From a virus: a stretch of 64,000 bases of DNA. A model generated the notes under the pieces. It ran no database searches. It was not told the origin of the DNA and was given only the letters and a program-made list of their open reading frames with translations. This document shows positions 46,569 through 56,563 of the stretch, one piece after another (positions within the stretch are counted from its first letter, which is position 1; each line of letters starts with the position of its first letter). The stretch spans positions 37,269 to 101,268 of IMG/VR virus record IMGVR_UViG_3300000101_000008. The stretch is one strand, 5' to 3'. Made by a program: the position numbers and the translations under genes.

Positions 46569-47257
46569 AATTAAAATTTGTTACAAGTATATCAAAAAAC
46601 TATTGGAAAGGCGTTGGCAAGCATTGTATTAGCACATGGGACTTACCCGGCAAAGTAGAAATATATATTGACCAACACGAAGGTGATGTTGAATGGTTTA
46701 ACGAATTGCCTTTTAACAAAAGATTGTTACATGTACCTGCATTAGATGTTGACAGCGAGTTTGATGTTAATACTAAAATAAGAAAGTTCTGGGGTAAAAG
46801 TGTAGCACAAATACATGCTATAAAAAATAGACAAGAGGACGAAAGAATAATTTGGTTAGACGCAGACATAGAACAAATGCGTAAAGTGCCCGAAGAAGCA
46901 TTTAGTTTTCCATTTATAAATCCAGTTGCTATGATGCAAAGTAATAATTCACACCCTGACTGTTACGAATCAGGACTTGTATTGTTTAATGAAGAATACG
47001 AAAAATTAACATTATGGTCAAACAAGTATTGGGCATTTTGGAATGATCAAAACAAACTAGAAAGTTTACACAAACCTTATGATGCTATTGTACTTGGTAA
47101 CTTTGCTAAAGGTGAAAAAGCAGGCTTCTTAAATTTATGTGACGATGTATGTGAAAATGTAAATGCATTAGAAAATACACGCTTTAGTTTATATTTCAAA
47201 CATCATATTAATAAAACTAATAAAGACAAACTTAAACATACATTGGCATCAACATGA
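46565..47257 (+). CDS. GT-A (DxD) nucleotide-sugar transferase-like protein
   Basis: IIWLDADI, ESGLVLFN, YDAIV; paralogous to the ORFs at 48165 and 48854. Confidence 0.6.
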   Translation: MKLKFVTSISKNYWKGVGKHCISTWDLPGKVEIYIDQHEGDVEWFNELPFNKRLLHVPALDVDSEFDVNTKIRKFWGKSVAQIHAIKNRQEDERIIWLDADIEQMRKVPEEAFSFPFINPVAMMQSNNSHPDCYESGLVLFNEEYEKLTLWSNKYWAFWNDQNKLESLHKPYDAIVLGNFAKGEKAGFLNLCDDVCENVNALENTRFSLYFKHHINKTNKDKLKHTLAST

Positions 47258-48168
47258 AATCTGTAAGAATTTACTACGCAGGTATTCCCGCACATAATAA
47301 AAATTTAGAAAAAAGACAAGTTCTAACAAGTTTCCATAATGGCGTAGGCACTGATGGAGAAAGTTTAGAAATTCAAACACCTAACTGGGAACCAAGTGAC
47401 TTAGGTGTTATACAAGGATGGGTACATGCAAATAGCGGTAGTACTCCACACTTAATGTTTCGCAGACAAGTAATACAACAACAAAAACTTATTGGCAAAC
47501 ATACACTTGCTATTGATAGTAATTTATTCTTATATAGAGATCCAGGTAATACTAAACAGTATCTACGTTTTAGTTTAGATGATGTATTTCCAACCACAGG
47601 TAATTACTTTACAGATAATGTAGACCCTACACGCTGGCAACAATTAAAACGCAACTTAGGTTTTGATTTGCACCCGTGGACTAACAAAGGCAAGCACATA
47701 CTATTATGTTTACAACGCAATGGCGGTTGGAGCATGGGCGGATATGACGTAATGGATTGGTGTAATAAAACTATTAAAGAAATACAACAACACACTGATA
47801 GAGATATTATAGTTAGAGCGCACCCTGGAGATAAGAAAGCAAAACAATACTTGACTTTGAACTATCCGGGTGTTAAGATAAGCACAGCACCGTCTATATT
47901 AGACGATTTTAGAAAATGCTGGGCAGTAGTTACATACAACAGTAGCCCAGGCGTAGCGGCGGCGATAGAGGGTATTCCTGTGTTTATAACAGACCCTAAT
48001 GCTAAAGTTAGTCAAGCATATGATGTAGGCAATACAGATTTAAGTCAACTAGACAATCCAATACGTCCTGAAAGACAACAGTGGATTGAAAAACTAGCAA
48101 TGAGTCATTTTAATTTTGCAGATTTAGAAAAAGGAACTGCATGGAATATTATTAAGGAGTACCTATGA
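47254..48168 (+). CDS. KpsS/KpsC-like GT-B glycosyltransferase paralog
   Basis: ILLCLQ, IIVRAHPGD, TYNSSPGVAAAIEGIPVF. Confidence 0.6.
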   Translation: MKSVRIYYAGIPAHNKNLEKRQVLTSFHNGVGTDGESLEIQTPNWEPSDLGVIQGWVHANSGSTPHLMFRRQVIQQQKLIGKHTLAIDSNLFLYRDPGNTKQYLRFSLDDVFPTTGNYFTDNVDPTRWQQLKRNLGFDLHPWTNKGKHILLCLQRNGGWSMGGYDVMDWCNKTIKEIQQHTDRDIIVRAHPGDKKAKQYLTLNYPGVKISTAPSILDDFRKCWAVVTYNSSPGVAAAIEGIPVFITDPNAKVSQAYDVGNTDLSQLDNPIRPERQQWIEKLAMSHFNFADLEKGTAWNIIKEYL

Positions 48169-48872
48169 AATACGCAGGTATAACTAGTATGAATCAATCA
48201 TATTATGATCGTTGTGGTTCTAATATGTTGAATACGTTTAAGAAACATTGGTCACACTTAATAAAATTGCATGTTTATAATGAAGATAACTTCTCATTAA
48301 ATGATGATACGTTTATTGAAATGGGTTGGGACTTAGGCGATGCATACGAATCATTTCAAGCAAGACATAAAAATAAAAGAGTAAAAACATTTGCTAAAAA
48401 AGGCTTTAGTATTATACATGCTATGGATAATATTGACGCTGATAGAATTATTTGGATTGATGCAGATACAATAATTAAGAAGCCTTTTGACCTAGCAGTG
48501 TTTGGAAATATTACACAAGATAAGTTTTTAAGTTCGCATTTACAAGTATGGCATAACAAAAATGACATTGACTATTATAGTTGTGAAACAGGATTCTTTG
48601 TTTTAAATACAAGACACAAAGGCTACAAAGAGTTTTGTGATACATACAAAGACATTTATTATAATGATAAACGTGAAGGTATGCGTAGATTTTATGATGG
48701 AGAAATTTACGGTAAAACTGTACAAGCAATGCACAGTAGAAACTTTAAAATGTATAATATGACATACGGGGATCGTGTAAAAACACCTGTGCCTAGAAGT
48801 CCATTAGCACCATTTATTGAACACAATAAAGCAGGATTAAAAGAACGTATTGACTACGACTTAGTCCAATAG
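48165..48872 (+). CDS. GT-A (DxD) nucleotide-sugar transferase-like protein
   Basis: FAKKGF, IIWIDADT, ETGFFVLN, FYDGEI, HNK. Confidence 0.65.
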   Translation: MKYAGITSMNQSYYDRCGSNMLNTFKKHWSHLIKLHVYNEDNFSLNDDTFIEMGWDLGDAYESFQARHKNKRVKTFAKKGFSIIHAMDNIDADRIIWIDADTIIKKPFDLAVFGNITQDKFLSSHLQVWHNKNDIDYYSCETGFFVLNTRHKGYKEFCDTYKDIYYNDKREGMRRFYDGEIYGKTVQAMHSRNFKMYNMTYGDRVKTPVPRSPLAPFIEHNKAGLKERIDYDLVQ

Positions 48873-49702
48873 TCTTCTTTTCTATTAACCATTATATCTG
48901 TACGTTTGCTCTTGCCAGCAGTTTTACGATCACCTTTCATGTGATCCATCCATCTACCTAGTTCAGTATTAATTAAAGGATGTCCGCCGCCACCTGTACG
49001 TGCTTCACGCATATACATAGTAGCACTATAGTCAAATGCATTAGCATCAAATTCTTTATAATGTTTTAGTATGTGTCCAAACACATAACTGTCGTGCCAT
49101 TCTTCCAATTCAAAAATACCGTTGTCTGCATCTTCGTACATACGTTCAAACTCTTTAAGGAACTCGTGACACACAGGATGATTTAAGTTCATACCATAAA
49201 AGCCGCACTCTGGCCATGTCTGCGATCCTTTGCCTCTACCTACATATGTAATGTAAGCATTGTTAGGTAGTAAGCGAGAAAAGTCTTTGTGCTTCCAAGG
49301 ACTGTGAATAAATGTATCTGCGTCCATCCATACACACCAACCTTTGCTACGTTCACACGCATCAAACACTGCATAAGTTTTGTTAGCAAAACGTATAGCG
49401 TCCCACTTAAACTTCTTTTGCCAATCTCTTGGTCTACGTGCTTTAATATCATCTGGAGGAATACCATTTGCTTTGTCTACGTTACCCCAACGCTGTTTAA
49501 ATTTTACAAGTTTAGGTAACTCTTTAGTTGCATCTAATATTGTAATTTGTTCTGGATTAGGATTAACAGGATTACAATCTTCTGCATATACTAGCAGTTT
49601 GATCTTATCACTTACGTTCTCAGCAAATGAATCTATCATACGCTGTCCATATAATTTTAAACCCGGACGGTGAAACGTTGTAACCACAGTTATGTCTGAC
49701 AT
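48854..49702 (-). CDS. GT-A (DxD) nucleotide-sugar transferase-like protein
   Basis: WDAIRFANK, VWMDADT, ECGFY, EWHDSYVF, DHMKG. Confidence 0.7.
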   Translation of the reverse strand: MSDITVVTTFHRPGLKLYGQRMIDSFAENVSDKIKLLVYAEDCNPVNPNPEQITILDATKELPKLVKFKQRWGNVDKANGIPPDDIKARRPRDWQKKFKWDAIRFANKTYAVFDACERSKGWCVWMDADTFIHSPWKHKDFSRLLPNNAYITYVGRGKGSQTWPECGFYGMNLNHPVCHEFLKEFERMYEDADNGIFELEEWHDSYVFGHILKHYKEFDANAFDYSATMYMREARTGGGGHPLINTELGRWMDHMKGDRKTAGKSKRTDIMVNRKEDYWTKS

Positions 49703-49716
49703 TATACTCTCTCTTG

Positions 49717-49739
49717 TAAATAGCTTATAGGAATATTTA
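49717..49739. promoter_or_regulatory. Overlapping, oppositely oriented TAAATA late promoters (plus 49717-49722; minus 49734-49739)
   Basis: Both motifs lie in the 41-nt gap between the divergent glycosyltransferase genes. Confidence 0.55.
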
Positions 49740-49743
49740 ACTT

Positions 49744-50592
49744 ATGAGATTCAGTTTATGGACACAATATGGCGCACAGAATAGCAGATCGGTTTTTGAT
49801 GCCTTTGCTCACAGCCTTGTGGTTGCTGGGCATGATGTTTTGTATAATACTAGTGGCTGTGACGTTGACGTCATTTGGAGTGTTCTTTGGAGTGGTAGAA
49901 TGGCTCCAAACGAAAATATCTGGAAGCAAGCAGTACAACAATCGAAACCGATAATAGTTTTAGAGGTCGGCGGCATAAGAAGAGGTACAACATGGAAGGT
50001 TGGACTCAATGGCATTAATAGGGACGCTTACTTTGGCCCTAGTAGCACAGATAGCAATCGTGCTAACAGTTTTAACATCAAGTTAAAAGACTGGAACTAT
50101 AACGGCGAATACATTTTACTATGTGGGCAACACGACAAAAGCCTGCAATGGGCAACCATGCCTCCAATGTCTCGCTGGGTACACGACACAATAACATTCA
50201 TAAGAGCGCAAACGAAACGTCCTATCATATTTAGGCCTCATCCTAGATGCAGACTTGAAGCAATTGAAAGAGACTTCAAAGATGTAATAAGACAAGAACC
50301 GCGACAAATACTAGGTTCATATGACGACTTCGATATGAAGTTTGATAACATATGGGCTACTATAAGCTGGTCAAGCAATCCAGGCATACACAGTATTATT
50401 AATGGTGTGCCTGCATTTACAGGACCTAGCAGTCTAGCATTTGATGTTGCTGATCAAAACTTTCGCAACATAGAGAATCCTCTTTATCTAGATAGAACTA
50501 AATGGGTCAACGACTATGCTTGGACAGAATTTACTTTAGAAGAAATATCTCAGGGAATACCACTTAAACGCTTGACTTCTAAGCTAACATAG
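49744..50592 (+). CDS. KpsS/KpsC-like GT-B glycosyltransferase paralog
   Basis: ILLCGQ, IIFRPHPR, SWSSNPGIHSIINGVPAF, AWTEFTLEEI. Confidence 0.6.
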   Translation: MRFSLWTQYGAQNSRSVFDAFAHSLVVAGHDVLYNTSGCDVDVIWSVLWSGRMAPNENIWKQAVQQSKPIIVLEVGGIRRGTTWKVGLNGINRDAYFGPSSTDSNRANSFNIKLKDWNYNGEYILLCGQHDKSLQWATMPPMSRWVHDTITFIRAQTKRPIIFRPHPRCRLEAIERDFKDVIRQEPRQILGSYDDFDMKFDNIWATISWSSNPGIHSIINGVPAFTGPSSLAFDVADQNFRNIENPLYLDRTKWVNDYAWTEFTLEEISQGIPLKRLTSKLT

Positions 50593-50600
50593 CGTATACT
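50572..50600 (+). promoter_or_regulatory. Sigma70-type promoter TTGACT-N17-TATACT, 6 nt before ATG (leaderless)
   Basis: Motif and spacing read directly; no RBS before the ATG at 50607. Confidence 0.7.
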
Positions 50601-50606
50601 AACACT

Positions 50607-51839
50607 ATGGAAACATTAGAAGATTGCATAGAACATCTTGTCGGAATACAGTCAAGAGAAACAGATAAGTTTGATATAGATAGTAGCGACTATAACTTAC
50701 TTACTAGCCTCGCCCGCCAGACCTTCAAAGGCACAGCATATACAGATAGGCAAGCAGAACTTGCTAAACAAAAACTGTTGCAATATAAAGATCAGTTTGA
50801 TGCTAACGGATATAACATTGATGATTCTTATAGTAATTTAAGAATGCCGTTACGTTCAATAGACAGAAGTCGTTGGGTTAAAGTATTTGACGAAGAACAT
50901 TTAATTTCAGATGAAGAAGGACCTTGGATAGGTGTAAGATTTATTTTTCAAAAGAAACTAATAACTGCTATTGAAAGAATGAATAAGTTTCTAGGCGAAG
51001 GCTTATACGACAAAGTAGAAAAGATACACTACTTTAAATTTAATGAAAACACATGCTACGAAATAATTAATACATTTAATGAAAACAACAACTTTGAAGT
51101 TGAGGATCAGTTACTAGAATATTATGAGAAGTTATTAGAAATGAAAAAAAATCAAGACAAATACGTACCGGGAATATATTCGTTTAAACTAAAAAATTTA
51201 CATGAGAAAAGTTTTAACTTTGCTATTAGCAGTATAGGTGAACCTAATATAGATAACCTATGTAACTATTACGACAAAAAAGATCAGTTTGGATTAGAAC
51301 ATTTTGATCAAGAAGAGTTACAACAAAGTTTAAAATCATTAACTCCGCTTGCACAAAAAGTAGTAAACAGAAGTCAAGCAAGTATATTTGTAAACAATAA
51401 AGAACACACTGTTAACAATCTTGCTGAAGTAGTATTAGAGTTATATAGATTTCCGTTAGTTATTGTACTACATGAAGATACTTGCTACGATCATTTAACA
51501 CAATTTAATAAGGCCTTTCAAAATATTATACCTAGCGAACGCATGTCTGTAATGTTTAGATTAGATAATACTCCAGAAGGAAAACCGTTTAACGAATACA
51601 TTAAACAACACAATATTAATAATGTGGTTGACAAAGACACAAAAATAGTGTATATTAGTAGTAATAAAATACCGAAACCACTTTTAAAAAGTGAATGGTT
51701 TCCTAGCGCGGCTATAACAACATTTGCTGGAAAAGCATATGGTGATGCAAAAACTAGTACATACATAGGAGAATTAGATTTGATAATACATTATGACAAT
51801 CAGCTTAGTCCTTTTATGAGAAAAATTGAGACGATATAA
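50607..51839 (+). CDS. Hypothetical protein upstream of uvsW
   Basis: 410-aa ORF with its own promoter, abutting uvsW. Confidence 0.7.
   Translation: METLEDCIEHLVGIQSRETDKFDIDSSDYNLLTSLARQTFKGTAYTDRQAELAKQKLLQYKDQFDANGYNIDDSYSNLRMPLRSIDRSRWVKVFDEEHLISDEEGPWIGVRFIFQKKLITAIERMNKFLGEGLYDKVEKIHYFKFNENTCYEIINTFNENNNFEVEDQLLEYYEKLLEMKKNQDKYVPGIYSFKLKNLHEKSFNFAISSIGEPNIDNLCNYYDKKDQFGLEHFDQEELQQSLKSLTPLAQKVVNRSQASIFVNNKEHTVNNLAEVVLELYRFPLVIVLHEDTCYDHLTQFNKAFQNIIPSERMSVMFRLDNTPEGKPFNEYIKQHNINNVVDKDTKIVYISSNKIPKPLLKSEWFPSAAITTFAGKAYGDAKTSTYIGELDLIIHYDNQLSPFMRKIETI
51628..51656 (+). promoter_or_regulatory. Internal sigma70-type promoter TTGACA-N17-TATATT for uvsW
   Basis: Consensus -35 and 17-nt spacer about 180 nt upstream of uvsW, inside the preceding ORF. 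Confidence 0.55.
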
Positions 51840-53303
51840 ATGGCAACATGTAGACTAATTATTGAAGATGAAGTAAACATTAAACTAGAAGGACTAGAAG
51901 TTGACGTACGAAGGAAGCTCGCGAATGCTCTCAAGTTTGAAGTGCCTTACGCAAAGTACATGCCACAATATAAACTTGGTCGCTGGGATGGAAAAGTTGC
52001 TTTCTTTGGCATTGGCGGTACTGGTTATGTCAATCATCTTGACGTTGTTAGTCAAGTTCTACAAAAGAATAATGTTGAAATAATAGATATTCAAGACAAT
52101 AGACATCCTATACAATTAGACTTTACGCCAGTAACAGAACGTTATTGGGCTGATCAAAATGTACGTTGGCCAAAAGGTCATCCAGCAGAAGGCGAAGAGA
52201 TTATTCTACGTGACTATCAAGTAGAGTCAATTAATAACTTTTTAAAACATCCACAGAGCTTGCAACAGATTGCTACTGGTGCAGGTAAAACAATTACTAC
52301 AGCAACACTTTCACATATAACTGAGCCGTATGGACGTAGTCTTATTATTGTGCCTAACAAGAGTCTTGTTACACAAACGGAGGAAGACTACATTAACTGC
52401 GGACTCGATGCTGGGGTGTACTTCGGCGACAGAAAAGAGTTAGGTAAGACTCACACTATTTGCACTTGGCAGAGTTTGAATATACTCGACAAGAAGCACA
52501 AGGACGGAACAGCAGTATTATCATTAGCTGAGTTCTTAGATGGTGTAAGCACTATTATTGTCGACGAAGTACACCAGGCTAAAGCAGAAGTACTAAAGAA
52601 TTTACTTACACGTAATTTAAAGAACGCTCCAATACGTTGGGGACTAACAGGAACAATACCAAGAGAGAAGTTTGAATTTGAAAGTATTCATGCTAGTCTA
52701 GGTCCTGTGATTGGACAAATTAGTGCTAAAGAACTGCAAGACAAAGGTGTACTATCACAATGTCATGTTAATGTAGTTCAACTATTAGATGTAGTAGCAC
52801 ACAGTAACTATCAAGAAGAATTAAAATATCTAACAACAAATCAGGCAAGACTAGAATATATAGGCAAATTATTAAGCACAGTAAAAGAATCAGGAAACAC
52901 ACTTATACTTGTAGATAGAATTAGTGCTGGAGAAATACTTCAACAACTAATACCAGGTAGTGTGTTTGTAAAGGGCGATGTAAAATTAAAAGATCGCAAG
53001 GAAGCATATGATGAAATCAATCAAGGAACTAACCACGTGGTTATCGCAACATATGGGGTCGCGGCTGTGGGTATTAACATACCGCGTATTTTTAATTTGG
53101 TTCTTATTGAGCCTGGCAAAAGTTTTGTCCGGGTAATTCAAAGTATTGGTAGAGGCGTAAGAAAGGCAAAGGACAAGGACTTTGTGCAAATTTGGGATAT
53201 CACGTCATCGTGCAAATTTGCAAAGAGACATTTAACACAACGTAAAAAATTCTATAAGGAAGCAGAGTATCCATTCACTATAGAAAAAGTAGACTGGAAC
53301 TAA
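51840..53303 (+). CDS. uvsW: SF2 DNA helicase UvsW
   Basis: LRDYQ, ATGAGKT, IVDEVH, GLTGT, GINIP, QSIGRGVR. Confidence 0.92.
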   Translation: MATCRLIIEDEVNIKLEGLEVDVRRKLANALKFEVPYAKYMPQYKLGRWDGKVAFFGIGGTGYVNHLDVVSQVLQKNNVEIIDIQDNRHPIQLDFTPVTERYWADQNVRWPKGHPAEGEEIILRDYQVESINNFLKHPQSLQQIATGAGKTITTATLSHITEPYGRSLIIVPNKSLVTQTEEDYINCGLDAGVYFGDRKELGKTHTICTWQSLNILDKKHKDGTAVLSLAEFLDGVSTIIVDEVHQAKAEVLKNLLTRNLKNAPIRWGLTGTIPREKFEFESIHASLGPVIGQISAKELQDKGVLSQCHVNVVQLLDVVAHSNYQEELKYLTTNQARLEYIGKLLSTVKESGNTLILVDRISAGEILQQLIPGSVFVKGDVKLKDRKEAYDEINQGTNHVVIATYGVAAVGINIPRIFNLVLIEPGKSFVRVIQSIGRGVRKAKDKDFVQIWDITSSCKFAKRHLTQRKKFYKEAEYPFTIEKVDWN

Positions 53304-53307
53304 AAAT

Positions 53308-53814
53308 ATGCAAATACTAACATTAGAAAATCAAACGTTTCCACTTAAAGATATACCCGAAGAATTAGAAGACGAAGTACGGTTTGCTGTACTAGACAAC
53401 AGCGATGCAAAAAATCCTGACTTCTTTTTTGTACCTATGATCTTTTTAGAAAGTTTCTCCGCACCAGCAATGGTAATGGAAATAGGCGGACACGAAATAA
53501 CAATGCCAGTTGATTGGCACATTGCCGTTGGTGACTCAATGTCAGGCAACGACTTAGAAGTATTACCACTAACAAGTATTAATGATAGGGGCTTTGAAGC
53601 ATTCTTGTTTAACCCTTTATCAAGTTACAAATTTGACTTTGCGGAAATAAAAATAACAAACTTTTACAATGATGTAAAATGGTATTTTCCTAAAGTTAAA
53701 AACGGACAGTTACTTGCTGTACCGTTAACGACTAAAGATAAATCTGTGTGTGCTTACTTTATTAAAGACATTAGTAGACAGAGTGAGCTTATAGATTATA
53801 CAAACTTGCTGTAA
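53308..53814 (+). CDS. Hypothetical protein, possible degenerate Hint-fold domain
   Basis: All-beta pattern; AMVMEIGGHEITMPVDWHIAV resembles Hint block B but lacks Cys1/TxxH. Confidence 0.4.
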   Translation: MQILTLENQTFPLKDIPEELEDEVRFAVLDNSDAKNPDFFFVPMIFLESFSAPAMVMEIGGHEITMPVDWHIAVGDSMSGNDLEVLPLTSINDRGFEAFLFNPLSSYKFDFAEIKITNFYNDVKWYFPKVKNGQLLAVPLTTKDKSVCAYFIKDISRQSELIDYTNLL

Positions 53815-53824
53815 GGAGATAAAG

Positions 53825-54181
53825 ATGAAAGCAGGAAAGATTTGGGGTCAGACAGAATTGATCCACGCTAACGGTGTACTAGAGTTTCACCGCATTGAAT
53901 ACAAAGCAGGTTACAAGTGTTCTGAACACGAACATCAATATAAATGGAATGGCTTTTTTGTAGAGTCAGGAAAAATGATTGTACGTGTTTGGCAAGAAGA
54001 CCAAGGACTAGTTGATGAAACTATTCTTGGCCCTGGTGACTTTACACAAGTAAGGCCAGGAAAAATTCACCAGTTTGAAGGTTTAGAAGATGGTGTCGCT
54101 TTTGAACTATACTGGGCTGAATTCAATCACGATGACATTGTTCGTCGAACATCTGGCACCGCAACAGGAAAGAAGAAATAG
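53825..54181 (+). CDS. Cupin-fold protein
   Basis: KIWG, CSEHEHQYKWNGFFVESG, PGKIHQFE; AAGGAG RBS. Confidence 0.8.
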   Translation: MKAGKIWGQTELIHANGVLEFHRIEYKAGYKCSEHEHQYKWNGFFVESGKMIVRVWQEDQGLVDETILGPGDFTQVRPGKIHQFEGLEDGVAFELYWAEFNHDDIVRRTSGTATGKKK

Positions 54182-54182
54182 A

Positions 54183-54791
54183 ATGTTTAAAAACATCGAT
54201 GTAAAGATGATGCTAAAACTTGCGCTGTTGCAAGTTGTAGTCATCACAGTAAGTAACGCACTAGTTGCGATTCCAGTAGAGATTGCTGGATTTAAATTAA
54301 CTTGGGCGGCATTTACGTTCCCATTAGTTATTCTAGCAACTGACTTAACAGTACGTTTGTTAGGTAAGAACATTGCTAGAGCAACTATTGCCGCGGCATA
54401 TCCAATTGCAATTATCACAAGTATTGCAGTAGTATTAGCAGAAGGTGCACCAGAGAGTGTAGCAATGCGTATTGGATTTGCATCAGCAACAGCATATGCT
54501 GTAGGTACGTTTATTGACGTATATGTATTCCAAGCAATTAGAGAGCGTATGAATGTTTGGTGGTTAGCACCTGCATTATCAACTATTGTTGCAAACGTAA
54601 TTGATAGTTACACGTTCTTTGCAGTTGCATTCAACAACAGCGCCGATGAGTATATGGCCGCTAACTGGATGGAAATTGCAGGCTCACAGGCTGTACTAAA
54701 AATTGCAGTAGGCTTAATATTATTCCTACCAGCATATGGCTTATTGTTACGTTACCTAAAAGGTAAAATGAGTGATACTGAAGCAGGTTAA
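54183..54791 (+). CDS. yhhQ: Queuosine-precursor (preQ0/preQ1) transporter, YhhQ/VUT family
   Basis: Multi-pass membrane protein with SNALV, TWAAFTFP, ATDLTVR, RIGFAS, DVYVF, WWLAP, IDSYTFF, LPAYG; start ATG at 54183. Confidence 0.85.
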   Translation: MFKNIDVKMMLKLALLQVVVITVSNALVAIPVEIAGFKLTWAAFTFPLVILATDLTVRLLGKNIARATIAAAYPIAIITSIAVVLAEGAPESVAMRIGFASATAYAVGTFIDVYVFQAIRERMNVWWLAPALSTIVANVIDSYTFFAVAFNNSADEYMAANWMEIAGSQAVLKIAVGLILFLPAYGLLLRYLKGKMSDTEAG

Positions 54792-55333
54792 TGTATAGCA
54801 ATAGCTACATAAAACAACTCCAAAGCCTACATGCTGATGCTAGTCGTCAATTGGGCTTTGGAGGCAAAGCAAAAAAGTTAGGTAAGTTTCATTCGTTTAT
54901 GGACAAATGGCAACCTAGCTCTTTGCTTGACTATGGTTGCGGCAAGGGTCGTATACTTGCAGACTTAAGAGATAGATATCCTAATGTAGTCTGTGAAGGT
55001 TACGATCCTGCTGTACCTATGTTTAATAAAGATAAGTTTAGCACATATGATTGTGTATTTTCAAATGATGTACTAGAACACATTGAACCAGAATTTATTA
55101 GCCAAGTATTAGGACATATTAACACACTTGCATCTAAATACATTTGGCTACGCATTGATACAGTGCCTGCAAGAAAAAGACTATCAGACGGGCGCAATGC
55201 ACATTTAATACTTGAAGGTGAACAGTGGTGGCTAGATAAAATTAAAGACCACACTGACATCAAAGTAGTATATTCTAACTTAGATAGAAAAGGAAAACTA
55301 GACATTGCAGGAACAAAAAATGATACCAGGTGA
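54791..55333 (+). CDS. Class I SAM-dependent methyltransferase
   Basis: LLDYGCGKG, GYDPAV, DVLEHI, RNAHL. Confidence 0.85.
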   Translation: MYSNSYIKQLQSLHADASRQLGFGGKAKKLGKFHSFMDKWQPSSLLDYGCGKGRILADLRDRYPNVVCEGYDPAVPMFNKDKFSTYDCVFSNDVLEHIEPEFISQVLGHINTLASKYIWLRIDTVPARKRLSDGRNAHLILEGEQWWLDKIKDHTDIKVVYSNLDRKGKLDIAGTKNDTR

Positions 55334-55595
55334 AGCATTACTATACGAACGTTACGACGGTGTAGTATATGCAAAGTATAGAGATGCTCCTCATAATAAA
55401 ATACCTCGTTGGATTATAGGCGGAGATCCTGCAGGTGTAGCAAGAGCGCAAGGCGACATGTTGTACTATGCAGAGTGGCAAGAGTTGTGTGAGTTAGCAG
55501 AGGAGTACCCCACAATAAAAAAGCTCTTAGACAAGTTGGTAACAACTTACTATACAGTAAAGGAAGCACGTAATGGACAAAACAATATATCATGA
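55320..55595 (+). CDS. Hypothetical protein
   Basis: MIPGEALLYERYDGVVYA...; coupled to its neighbours. Confidence 0.55.
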   Translation: MIPGEALLYERYDGVVYAKYRDAPHNKIPRWIIGGDPAGVARAQGDMLYYAEWQELCELAEEYPTIKKLLDKLVTTYYTVKEARNGQNNIS

Positions 55596-56193
55596 ACAGA
55601 TAGCAGATCAATTATTTTGTGATCGACTGTATAACCCAAGCAGAGAGATTGCTCGAGATGTAGTTCTCTTTTGGCAAGATTATTTAAAAGAGAACGAAAC
55701 TAAACCTCGTTGGATGGACTTCGCTGACGGTAGTGACAGTACAAAAATATATGAAGCATACAACATATTTTTAAATCATCGCCCAGGCATTACTACATTG
55801 TATCAAAAGATTGTAGAAAGTTTTAAAACAAAAGTTGACAACCCACAGAAGTACGCTATTGCGGGATGGGTTAATGTATATGAAGGCGGTGGCTTTTTAG
55901 ACTGGCATACACACGGCGTTGGTCAAGGAGGATACTTTGATGGACGATGGCACGGTTACTTTTGTGTAAACGGTGAGCCAAGTAAAACAATGTATAGAGA
56001 TAATGAAACGCATCAACTTGTACAATCAGTAGAAAATAAAAACGGTTGGCTTACAATGAGTCCTGGGGGAATGGAACATAGAGTTACTCCTTGGGAAAAT
56101 GAAGAAAAGCCACGTATTACTATTGCATTTGATATTGCGTTAAGAAACGGAATTAGTCCCGGCAATTACAATCATTGGATACCAATTATATAA
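55573..56193 (+). CDS. 2OG-Fe(II) oxygenase-like protein
   Basis: WVN, WHTH, HRV, RITIAF motifs. Confidence 0.75.
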   Translation: MDKTIYHEQIADQLFCDRLYNPSREIARDVVLFWQDYLKENETKPRWMDFADGSDSTKIYEAYNIFLNHRPGITTLYQKIVESFKTKVDNPQKYAIAGWVNVYEGGGFLDWHTHGVGQGGYFDGRWHGYFCVNGEPSKTMYRDNETHQLVQSVENKNGWLTMSPGGMEHRVTPWENEEKPRITIAFDIALRNGISPGNYNHWIPII

Positions 56194-56196
56194 TAT

Positions 56197-56349
56197 ATGA
56201 ATAACACTAGAAACTGTAGTACTTGTAACAAACCAATAGACCTGTATGCTATAAAGTATCATACAGCTGATAAACAAAATGTATTTTGCAATGCATACTG
56301 TTCAAACGAATGGTATCAAAAGAAGAAGGAAAACAATCATGAGACATAA
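56197..56349 (+). CDS. 50-aa Cys4 metal-binding (TRASH/YHS-like) protein, absent from the ORF track
   Basis: MNNTRNCSTCNKPIDLYAIKYHTADKQNVFCNAYCSNEWYQKKKENNHET*; fills the gap between flanking genes. Confidence 0.6.
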   Translation: MNNTRNCSTCNKPIDLYAIKYHTADKQNVFCNAYCSNEWYQKKKENNHET

Positions 56350-56563
56350 AATAGCAGGAGTACTATTCTTATTATTAGGAATATATTTTTTAATTCAAGA
56401 TATGATGCCATTGTCAATGGGCTTTGGTGCGGCAATGGAACACAACATGCCAGCACACAACAATACATTATTAGGCATTAGCGAAATGACTTGGATGTGG
56501 TTTACAATGGCACTAGTACATTTCTTTATACGTGATTGTAATTGCAAGGAGTGTAACAAGTGA
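56339..56563 (+). CDS. Small two-helix membrane protein
   Basis: MRHKIAGVLFLLLGIYFLI...EMTWMWFTMALVHF; AAGGA RBS before ATG 56339. Confidence 0.55.
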   Translation: MRHKIAGVLFLLLGIYFLIQDMMPLSMGFGAAMEHNMPAHNNTLLGISEMTWMWFTMALVHFFIRDCNCKECNK

